Below are positions 41,301 to 53,300 of a stretch of DNA of 64,000 bases, one piece after another. Location: NCBI GenBank assembly GCA_045531265.1, contig JAZSDP010000078.1, positions 27,610 to 91,609 on the forward strand, read 5' to 3'. Position 1 is the stretch's first letter; each line of letters begins with the position of its first letter. Position numbers and translations under genes: made by a program. The DNA is from Acutalibacteraceae bacterium (GTDB lineage Bacteria; Bacillota; Clostridia; Oscillospirales; Acutalibacteraceae). The notes beneath the pieces were generated by a model. That model had not been told where the DNA came from, ran no database searches, and was given only the letters and a program-made list of their open reading frames with translations.

Positions 41301-44300
41301 CAGCAGCTTCGGTCAGAAGATGTTCTATGACCTTGAAGTAATCAAAGCAGGCGGCAAGTTCGGCGGTAACGTTGGTGACACAATTGCTATCCCGCAGGCT
41401 GACTACACAGAAGACCTTAAGGAATACTACACAATCGTTGGTGACACCAGATATTCAGTTTCTTCCTGGAAGGTTGACATCGCAGATTCACTTGTATATC
41501 TCCTTCAGTCAGTAGCCTCCGCTGATCTTCTCGGCGTACTTGCAGGTGATGATCACGAAGAAAAGGTTGCTAAGAATGACCTTATCGCTATCATTCTTGA
41601 CAACCTCATCAAGGGTAACAACAACGGTCTTACAATTGCTGAAATCCTTGTATCACTCTTCGAAGGTTACACAGTTAAGTATGTACCTCTTAACGGTATT
41701 TACATTCCCATCGACCATACAGGTATGACCGATGCAGCAGATATTCCCGTATCACTTGATAACGTTATCCTTGAAGCACTTCCCGTAATTCTTCCTCTTC
41801 TTGCAGGCGAGAATGTTGAAGAAGGCAGCCTTATGGATACACTCACCACTGCTCTTGCAGACCTTGGTGAAAACGAAAACGCTATTAAGGCTCTTGTTGA
41901 CGGTCTCATCAATTCCTTCCTTACCGATGACCTCGTTCGCGGCATTGTTGAAATGCTCGTAGGCATCCTCGGTAACGAAACAATAGATATGGTTCTCGGT
42001 CTTGTTAAGATTGGTGACCACAACCTCACTGCTCCCGAATTCAAGGCTCAGATTGATGCACACTTCGCAGGTAAGGCTGACTATGCAGCAGCACTTGCAG
42101 CTATTGATTCAATCATCGGCGAATACGGTTCATGGGCAGAAGTTGCTAAGGCTAACACCAAGTATGCTTACACATACGTAATTAAGGAAGCTACAGCAAC
42201 AGCAGCAGCTGAACTCGGAACATACTATGCAGTATCTGACAAGCTCGGCGGCACATATCAGGAAATCGACGGTAAGGAATATCTCCTCACCAAGAAGGCA
42301 TCCGATGTTAAGAACGATAAGGGCGAAGTTATCGGTTCAGTTCACGAAACTGCCGTTAAGTTCGACGAAGCTCTTACCTTCGGCGTTGACGGTGCAGATG
42401 ACAAGCTCACAGCTCTCATCAATGCATTCACAGTTCTTCTTGAACCTCTTACCGAAGTTCTCCAGCTTGTTCTCCAGGGCAAGACCCTTACACTTCTCTC
42501 AAGCAACGGCAAGTATGTTGCTGACTCATTCGAAGACATCTATGGTGCTGAAACAGGTCAGTCCAACGGCGAACTTCCTGACGACGACCGTGACACAGCA
42601 GACGTAGGCGTAATCATGGGCGACGGCTTTATCGAACTCCGTGGCTCAAAGGGCTACGACGAAGGTCTCCTTGCTCTCGCTGAAGCAATCTTCGGCCAGA
42701 TTAAGGGCACTGAACTTGAAGACAAGATTCCTTCAGGTGCTGAATTCAACGCTTACACCGACATCGAAGATATCCTCGGTGCAGTTGTAAACATCATTAT
42801 GGCACTCGTTGAAGGTCTTGAGAACGGTCCCATCACCTTCCTCGCAGACCACCTTGCAGGACTTCTCTACTTCCTTGCAAGTGATAACGTAAACAACCTT
42901 GTTAATAACGTTCTCGCTCTTGCAAACGGACTTCTTGAAGTTCTTGAACCTCTCACAGGTAAGGACAACATCATTGACCTTCTCGGTATGCTCGGCGTAG
43001 ACCTCAGCATCCTTGAAATCAATAAGCTCCTTGAAATGCTTACAAACCTTATCAGAGCTCCTAAGGACTTTGAAGTAACTAAGGCAGAAGATGGCTCCTA
43101 CACATATGTAAGAGACGAAAAGACTGTTGCAGTTACAACAGAAGAAATCAAGACTAAGGAAGTTGAAAAGGACGGCGCTAAGGTAACTGTTGAATATGTA
43201 ACAGTTGATACAGGTCTTGACCTTACAATTGACCTTGCAATGCTTAAGGACCTTGTTGCAGCTCTTGGTGAATATGCAGTTATTGACTCACTCAGAACAT
43301 CTGCAAACATCGGTCTTGCTACAAACAATGCAGGCGAATATGTAAATAAGGACGGCCAGGTAATTGAAGGTGACGCTATCACAACCGGCAAGCTTACAAC
43401 AGTTGTTGGCTGCAGAGCTCACTTTATTGACGGTCTTCTTACCTTCGCACTTTCCGATAATATCATTGGTAAGCTCCTTGTTAAGGACGAAACCGATCCC
43501 GATAACATCCTCAATGACCTTATTGACGCTCTCACTGCAGAAGATGCAGCAGACGGCCTCATTAAGTTCCTCAACCAGCTTACAAGTAAGTATCTTGTAG
43601 AATATACTGTTCTCGCAGCACTTGACGAAGAGCTTGCACTTACAAAGCTTTACACCTACTATGCTGACAGTGTAAATGCTCCCGAAGGCGCTCATAAGAG
43701 AACAATCAAGAAGACAGATGCTGAAAAGACAATCGACAACCTTAACAATCTTGTAGGTCCTATCCTTGAACTTGTTGGTATGGGTAACCTTGAAGATCTT
43801 GTCGGCGGCCTTGTATTTACCGACGATATGGTTAATATGCTCGTTGGTCTTCTTGCAGGTCTCCTTCCCAGCCTTGAAGGCGGCGATATCGCAAATATCC
43901 TTGATATCGTAGCTAATGTTCTTGGTGAAGAAATTGACCTTTCAGCAGCAACTTATGCTGAAAACGCAGTTCTTGCTCCCTTCTTTGCAGATGTTGAAGC
44001 AAGTGCTGAAGACGGTGTAATTACATGGGCTGATGTTGCAGCACATTACACCAAGTATGTATACACATACACAATTCCTGCTGATCCTGAAGTTGAAGAC
44101 TCCAAGCCTGAAACTGTAACAGTTTATGCTGCAGAAGGCGAAACAGTTTACACAACTGAAGACGGTAAGCAGTATGCTATTACTCCTGTTTACGAACAGA
44201 AGGCAGATAAGGACGGCAACCTTGTTTACACAACAGGCGATGCTGAAATTATCGCAACAAAGGATTACACCATTAAGACAGAAAACGGTGTAACCACAGC

Positions 44301-47300
44301 AACAACTAAGGTAGACGGTGCAGATGTTGTCTACACAGTAACACCTGTTTACACAACAACTCAGGCTACCAAGGCTGTATATGACTTTGCTTGGGGTATG
44401 GACGCTATCGAAGGCGACGATGACGAAAGCAAGGTACTCAAGCAGGCTCACAAGTTTGTTGATATCATCGCTGCATTCCTGCAGCCCGTAGACTTCATCC
44501 TTGAAGTTCTCCTTGCAGGCGGTACAAATACCGGTGATGCAGAAAATGCTAAGTCAATCAGTGCATTTGATGAAATCAATATCATGGGCGGCTCAGGCTA
44601 CAACTATGCGATTATCCCGCTTCTTGAAACCCTCGGCGTACCCAACAGCATGATTCTCACTCAGGCTCAGTACGAAGAAAAGATTAAGACTGAAGGCACT
44701 CTCGCTCCCATCCTCGATATTCTTCTCGAGTATGTGATCGGCGGCCTCAACGCTCCTCTCTCCTTCGTAGCAGACCTTCTTACAAATCTCTTCTATACAG
44801 TAAGCCAGAACGGTCTTACAACAATCGTTTCCAACCTTATTGCTCCCGTATCTGAACTCGTAAGAGCTCTCGAAGATACTCTTCCCGTAGCAATCAAGAT
44901 CGACCTTACTCAGATCTTTGTTGAAGGCGGCGAAATCTTCAAGATTATGCTCGGTGACGATGTTGCAATCAACGGTGCAACAGTTGGTCTCGACCTGAAC
45001 CTTGATAACAATACAATCGAAGATCTCCTCTTCGGTGCAAACGGTGTTCTCAAGAATCTCGCTCCCGACCTTGTTATCAACTTCAACATCCGCGAATTCG
45101 TTCGTGCAGCAGTTGCAGTTGACGAAAACGGCGATATCATCTATGTAGATTCACTTGTTGATACTGATTACGATATCCTCACACCTGAAAACGTTGAATG
45201 GCGTGACCGTATCGTAGTTGACAGAGCAGACGCAGTTATCAACTTCCTTGACAGCATTCTTACAACAGAGACAATAAACAGTCTCCTCACAATGCTCGAG
45301 GTTGACCTTGACGAAATGCTCGGCGAAGATATGTCGTTCCTTGCTGATATCATCAACGATGCTATTGAAGCTCCCTCAACTCTTATCGATACAATAGTTA
45401 AGCTTCTCTCCACAGCTTACACTGTAGAAGACATTATGGTTCTTTATGATGAACTTACAGAAGCTGATTATAACTACGATAATGAAGTAGCTTCAAAGGA
45501 CGATGTAGCTCTTGTTCTTAACAAGCTTGATGCTGTTATCAACAACGCTATCGAGCCTCTCCTCGGTATCCTTTCAGGTATGGACAATATGCCCGCACTT
45601 GTAACAGATATCGCAGCAGCTATCGAAAACGGTGAAGCTGAAGCTACAATCGGCGGCGTTCTCGACTTCGTACTCGGTGATCTTATCTTCACTGATGAAA
45701 TCGTTAACACTGTATTCGGTCTTATTGTTGGTCTTCTTGGCTCAATGGATGCTAAGACATTCGACCTTATCAATAACCTCCTCGGCGAAATTCTCCACAT
45801 CAACCTTGATCCCGTTGAATTTGCACGTTCAATCGTTGCAGCAACAGGCGATACAAAGGTAGCAGACTATATCGCATCCTTCCCCGCAACTGAAGATACT
45901 GTTCTTACATGGGCAGATATCGCAGCTGCTAACAAGAAGCTTGTATACACCTACACAATCAAGGCAACTGAAGAAGGCGCTGAAGATAAGGTTGTAGAAG
46001 TATACTTCGATCTTGACAGAACAAACGAAACCGCTTACACAGCTGAAGACGGTGTAACTTACACCCTCAACAAGAAGATGGTTGAAAAAGACGGCGTTGC
46101 AACAGACGAGCAGGCAACCAAGGTTGTTATGACTCATAACTGGGGCGTTGATGCTGCAGCTGCAGCAGATAAGAAGGATGTATTCCTTGGCGCAATCCTT
46201 GAAATCCTTGCTCCCTTCGGTGCAGTTCTTGATTGGCTCTTCTGCGGTGAAGACATCGTTCTCGTTTACGAAGGTGTTACACTCCACGGCGGTAACGCTT
46301 ATGATAACGTTCTTGTTCCTCTTGTTAAGGCTCTCGGCGTTGAAATCGACACCGATGCCGAGCTTGATGCACAGAACAAGACTCATGCAGTTGACCGTGT
46401 TGAAGCACTCATTAACGGTATCTTCGCACTTGTTGACAAGCTTGCTGACAATCCCATCAACACAATCGTTGAGCTTGTAACAGGTCTCTCCTACTTCATC
46501 GCATCCGGTGGCGTAGCAGAAGCTGTTGAAGGCATTGCAGCTCCCATCTTCGGTCTTGTTTCAACTCTTGAAGCAATTGCTCCCATGTCAACAATCAACG
46601 AAATTATCGCTGAACTTGCTAAGGACGTTAAGCTTCCCGGCGACAAGCCTCTTACAATTGACAACATCATCAACATTGCAGGTGAAAACGGTGAAGGTCT
46701 TGTAGCTCTCATCAACAGTCTTATCGGTAAGATTGAAATTGAAGATGAAGCAGGTAACATCATTAACCTCAACCTCCTTCCCGATGACTTCTTCCTCCAG
46801 GTTGCACAGTACGGTGTAAACATTGAAACAGTTGCAGAAGTAACTGCTGAAATGATTGCAGGCGGCGTTGACTATCAGCCCGACAACAAGTACGTAACCG
46901 AGTGGTCAGTTGATAAGGCAGACGCTATTATGTATGTACTTTCAACTGTATGCTCCGACTCCTTCCTTAAGAGTCTCTGCTCACTTATGAACCAGCCTGA
47001 AGACAGCACCGTTGGCGGTATCCTCCTCGGTCTTGCAGGCAAACAGAACAATGTTGTTGATATTCTTGTAACACTTCTTACTGAATACACAGTAACATAC
47101 ACAGACTTCACACGTGCTCCGATTGAAAAGGAAGAAGTAACTCATACTGCTCCCATGACTGAAGAAAATCTTGAAGCTGCTCTTGCAGTTCTTGACAAGC
47201 TTATTCCTTCAGTAATCGGTCTCGTAGGTCTTGATGCAGACTCACTCCAGAGTCTCCTTGGTGAGCTTCTTGAAGGTCTCGATCTCGGTAATCTCCTTGC

Positions 47301-50300
47301 AGATCTCCTTGTTCCCCTTCTTGCAGGTCTCGACCTCGGTGAAATCCTCGGCTATGTTGAAGAACTTACTAACATCAGCGTTGACCTTTCACCTGAAGCA
47401 TTCACACACAACAAGTTCGGCTCCAAGCTTGCTGAATTCATCGGCAATGCTGAAACATGGGCTGACATTGAAGCTAAGTATCTCAACTACATTTATACTT
47501 ACGAATTAACCGATAAGGACGGCAACGTTGAAATCGGCGAAGACGGTAAGGCTAAGACAGCTGAATACTTCAGCATTAAGTCTGACCTTGACGGTAAGAC
47601 TGTAACCGTTGGCGAAGGCGACGATGCTAAGGAAGTTAAACTTTCCAAGAAGCTTGTTGAAACAACAGTTAAGGCTGAAGACGGTACAGAAAACAAGGTT
47701 AATGTACATGATACCAAGATGAAGTCCGACTTCGATTGGGAACTTGGCCTCACAGGTGTTGACGCATCCTTCGACGGCGTAATCGCTCTTGTATCCGACC
47801 TTCTCTATCCCGTTGACTTCGTACTCGGTCTCCTTCTCACAGGTGACAGAATTGAAGCACTTGAAGAAATCGGTATCACAGGCGGCCGCGGCTACAACTT
47901 CGCAATTATCCCGCTCCTTGAAGCATTTGGCGTAGAAGTAATCACAGAAGCTGAATATGTAGAGCAGGCTAAGACTAACGGTCACCTCAATTACATCCTT
48001 ACAGCTCTCTTCGGTAAGATTGAAGATGAACTTCTCGTATCACCCGTTAAGACTCTTCTTTCAATGCTTGCTAACCTCTTCTACCTTGTTGGCTCCAACG
48101 GAATCAACAATATTGCAGAAAACCTTCTCGGCTTTGCTAACTACCTTCTTGTAAAGGCTGAGCCCGTATTCAAGGTTGGTATCTCAATCGACCTTTCAGA
48201 AATGGGTCTTGTTGGCGGTAAGGTTCTCAAGACAACCTTCGATGCTGACGAAAACGGCAAGCCTATGCCTTATGTATCATCAATGGCAGCCGGTATCCGT
48301 GTAAATGTAAGTGCTGATGCACTCTCCAAGCTTCTCGGTGACCTTATTGCTGACCTCAAGCTTGTTGATATCGACGGCGACGGCGTAAATGATCCTCTCG
48401 GTCTTTCACTTGACCTTGACTTCACAGAGCTTGCAGCTAAGATGGCAGCAACAAATGAAGACGGCACAATCAAGAAGATTGCAACCTCTCAGATAACCAC
48501 TGAAGGTGCTCCTGCAACATGGTTCAATATTGAAGGTGATGTTGAAGATACCTTCACAACACTTATCGATACAATCCTTACAGATGAAAACGCATTCGCA
48601 CTTGCAAATCTCATCGAAAGCCTCCTTAAGGACGTTGACTTCAGCGGTATGGACGGCGTAGATGAAAACGGCGAAGCAAATGACGAAATCAATGTTAAGG
48701 GTATCCTTAACGACGTGCTCTACCAGAAGGACGGCATTAAGAAGGTTCTTGGTGCAGTAGTTCTCCTTCTCAGCGGTCAGTACACAGTTGTTAAGCCCGA
48801 TACAGCTTATAAGTTCCTTGGTATCCTCAGCTACTTCCTTGAAGGCGACGATACAGGCGATAAGCTCAACAATGCTATTGACAGACTCGATGCAATTATC
48901 GCTCGTGAAGTTCCCGAAATTCTCACAATGTTTATTGACGGCGACTCCGCAACCGGTATTCTCAAGTCACTTGTAGATGCTGCAGACGGTGCAACAGGCC
49001 TTGATGATATGCTTGATTCACTTCTCAAGGAACTTGCATTCACACCCGATAACTTTGCAGCTCTTATGGAAATGCTTGTTAAGGCTATTGCAGGCTTCCT
49101 TACTGCAGACCTTACAGGTACTCTCAATGACCTTCTCGGCATTGACCTTGCTCCTGCAGCATTCGCAACTGCAACAGGTAACGCTAAGCTTGTAGCTTAT
49201 GTTGAAAACGCTCTTGATGCAGATAACGAAGCTAAGGACGAACCCGCTGAACTCACTTGGGCAGACGTTTGGGCAGCTAACAGCACAGACGGTAAGGCAA
49301 ACGAATACGATTGGGGCGTAAATGACCAGAGCGGCTTCATCTCAGCAGTTCTCAGTCTCCTTATCCCGCTCAATCCTATTCTTGACTTCATCTTCTGTAA
49401 CGGCGCAATCGAGCTCCTTGACGGTTCAGTAAGACTTCCCGGCGGTGACGCTTATAATAAGGCTCTCATCCCGCTGTTCAAGGCTCTCGGCGTTGACCTT
49501 GCAACTGCAGAAACCACAACAGAAGCTCTTGATGCTCTTGTTGACGGTCTTATCGGTAACACAGGTCTCGTAGGCAAGCTTGCAGACGCTCCCTTCAGAA
49601 CAATTCTTGAACTTGTAGCAGGTCTCAGCTATCTCCTTGCAAACGATAACCTTGAACCCATCATCAGAAACATTGCAGCTCCCGTATTCTCAATCCTTGA
49701 TCTTCTTAAGGATGTAATCACAATGGATCAGATCGACGGTATCCTTGAAGGCTTCATCGGTATGAGCCTCACAGATATCATCGAAATCGGTAACAACGGC
49801 GGTGCTAACCTTGTTGACCTTGTAAACGGTCTTCTCGGCGGTATCGAAGTAAGAGATGAAAACGGAAAGCTCATCGACACTGTAGATGCACTTGACAGTG
49901 ACTTCTTCGTAGAACTCTCCAAGTATGCAATCGACGTAACAGATCCTGAGGGTCTTGTAGATCCCACAAATGTTGGCGAAGATGCAAACGCATGGACAGT
50001 AGACGCAGCAGAAACACTCATGTTCATCCTTGACAATGTTCTTGATGAAACATTCCTTAAGGTGCTTTGCGGTAAGATCGCTCCCGATGCAAGCGAAGAT
50101 GATATGCTCGTTGGCATCCTCACCTCACTTGCAGATAAGGAGATCGACCTTGTTGAAGTAATCCTTATGCTCCTTGAAAACTACACAATCAGATACAACA
50201 GATATCAGCAGACAACTCTCACCGGCGCTGCAGCAGATTACACAGCATTTGCTGATAACGCAGCAAAGGTTGAAGCAGCCCTTCCCAACGCTATCACAGC

Positions 50301-53300
50301 ACTTGATACACTTCTTGTATCAGTTCTCGGTATGCTTGGCACAGGCGATGACCTCGGTGCTCTTATCGATGGTCTTATTGCAGATGCTGATCTCGGTAAC
50401 CTTCTTATGAACCTCCTCGTTCCCGTACTCGCAGGTCTTGATCTCGATACAATCCTCGGTTATGTAAATGACCTTACAAACCTTGAGGTTGATATCGCAC
50501 CTCAGGCATTTGCAGATACTAAGTTCGGCTCCAAGCTCGGCGAATTCATCGGCGAAGCTGAAACATGGGCAGAGCTTGCTGCAGCTGCAGAATGGCAGCA
50601 GTATGTATACACATATGTTGTTAAGAACGAAGACGGTACCGATAAGATCGGTGAAGACGGTAAGGTAGTAACTGCTGAATACATCAGCAAGGACGGCACT
50701 CTTACCGAAGTTAACCTCGGCACTGAGAAAGAGCCTAATGTTGTTGCTCTTACAAAGGTTATGACAAATCTCACTGACCTTGAAGGTAAGAAGGCATACA
50801 CATATGGCGACGAAACTCTCTATCTTGCAGATAAGGAAGTAAAGGTTGCTGATGACAATACAGTAACAACAGTTATCAAGTCCGGCGAAGGCGACGCTGC
50901 TACAGAAGAAACTGTAACAATCGTTCCCGTTATGACTCACAAGACTCAGTTCGTTTCAACCTTCGATTGGAACATCAAGACTCTTGAAGATGCTGTTAAC
51001 TTCGCAGCTGACCTTCTTCTCCCGCTTGACGTTGTATTCAAGGTTCTCCTTGGCGGCAGCGAAATCATCGCTCTTGAAGACGGTGACACAATCAGACGTG
51101 CTGATATTCGCATCAAGGGCGGCTACGGCTACAACTATGCAATTCTCCCGCTTCTTGAAGCTCTCGGAGTAGATGCAATCAGCCAGTCCGAATACGATGC
51201 ACGTATCAACAGCGTATACCACGGCTCATCACTTAAGTACATCCTTGATGCAATCGTAGGCAGAGTTGACGAAATCCTTGCAACTCCCGTTCAGGAAGCT
51301 CTCGGTCTCTTCGCTAACCTCTTCTACTTCATCGGTTCAGAAGGCATCAACACCTTCGCTGCTAACCTCATCGCTCCCGTTCAGACTCTTCTTGAAGAAG
51401 TTTGTGACGTATATCCCATCTGCATTACCATCGACGGTAGCCAGATCGGTGTTGAAGGCGGTAAGATTATTGCAACAAGCTTTGATGCAGACTACGAAGC
51501 AGGTTCACTTGCAGAAGGCCTGAAGATTGACTTCAAGGCAGAGCACATCTCAGCTCTCCTTACAAACCTTCTCTCAGGTATTAAGATTAACGAGAAGCCT
51601 CTCGGCCTTACTCTCAACCTCAACTGGCTTGAGCTTGCAGCAGCAATGGCTAAGAGAGATGCAGAAGGTAAGATCATTTACACTGATTCTGCTATCGAAT
51701 ACGGTTATAAGAACACAACTGTTAACTCAACAGACCTTACAGCTCATAAGAATATTTCCGGTGATGCTGCAGCAACTCTTGTAACCCTTCTCAACACAAT
51801 TCTTTCAAATGAAAACGTTGCAGTTATCAAGAACCTTGTTAAGGATCTTCTTAAGGATGCTAACCTCGATGCAACAATCGAAAATCTCATCGACAACGTT
51901 CTCAGCGACAGAAATGCTATCATTAACCTTGTAGGTACTCTCGTTCTTGTTCTTACAGGCGAGCACGAAGTACGTGTAATGGATATGGTATTCAAGTTCC
52001 TCGGCGTAACTGACTACAATGTTGAAAACGCTGATACAGCAATTGCTTCCTTCGACAGACTTATCGGTAAGGCACTTCCCGTTGTTCTTGATATGTTTGC
52101 CGATACAAGCAAGCCTGAAGCAGAATGGACAATCCTTGAACAGATTGCCGCTTCCGGTGAAACAACACTTAAGGGTATTGCAGATTGGGCTCTCAACGAT
52201 CTTCTCTTCACAGACGATATGATGGCTACAATCACCGATGCACTCGTTGGTGCTCTTGCAGGCTTCCTTACAGAATCTCTTGCAGGTACTCTCGGCGATC
52301 TCCTCGGCGTTGACCTCAACCCCGTAGCCTTTGCACAGGCAACAGGTAACGCAGCTCTCATAGCTTATGTAACTGTTCCCGGCACAGGCACAGACGGTCT
52401 TGTAACATGGGCTGATGTTCTCGCAGCACACAGCACAACAACAACCGTTGACGGTAAGGAAGTAACAGAAATCGACAACGTATTCACAGGCGTTAATAAT
52501 AAGGATGCATTCCTTGATGCACTCTTCAGCCTGCTTACACCGCTCGATCCCGTACTCGGATTCCTCCTTCGCGGTTATGACCTTACAATCGGCGCAGGTC
52601 TCGGCGTAGACGATATCAAGCTCAAGGGTAACGACGGTTACTCCAATGCAATAAGCATTCTCTTCAAGGCTCTCGGCCTTGGCGAAATGGGCGCAACCTG
52701 GGTAGAAGCAACAGACGATATGAACGCTGTTGACGCTCTCAGACATACAATCGACTATGTATTTGCACTTGTTGATTCACTTTGCGCTAAGCCCTTCAAC
52801 ACAATCCTTGTTCTCCTCGGTAACCTCAGCTTCTTCGTAGCAAACGACGGTGTAGAGAAACTTATCAATAATCTCGTATCACCCGTTCTTTCACTCGTAG
52901 ATGCTCTCAGCGGTACAATCTCCAGAGCAGAACTTGATGCACTTCTCGTTTCACTTACTAAGAACGAAATGCTCACACTCAGCGGTATCCTCAATATCGC
53001 AGGTGACAACGGTGAAGCACTTGTAGAACTCCTCAACGGTATTATCCCCGGCTCCAAGGTTTACGAACCCATGAAGGATGCTGAAGGAAATATCCTTGTT
53101 GGCGAATATAAGGAATACACCAAGGAAGCTGTTGAAAATGATAAGAACAACACCTATGATGAAGTAGTGATTAAGGTTCTCGATGCTGACGGCAATCCCA
53201 AGAAGGATGACGAAGGCAACGAAATCACAAGAACTGCTTACTATAAGGTTGTTCACGTAATCAACGCACTTCCCGCAACCTTCTTCGTTGACCTTGCAAA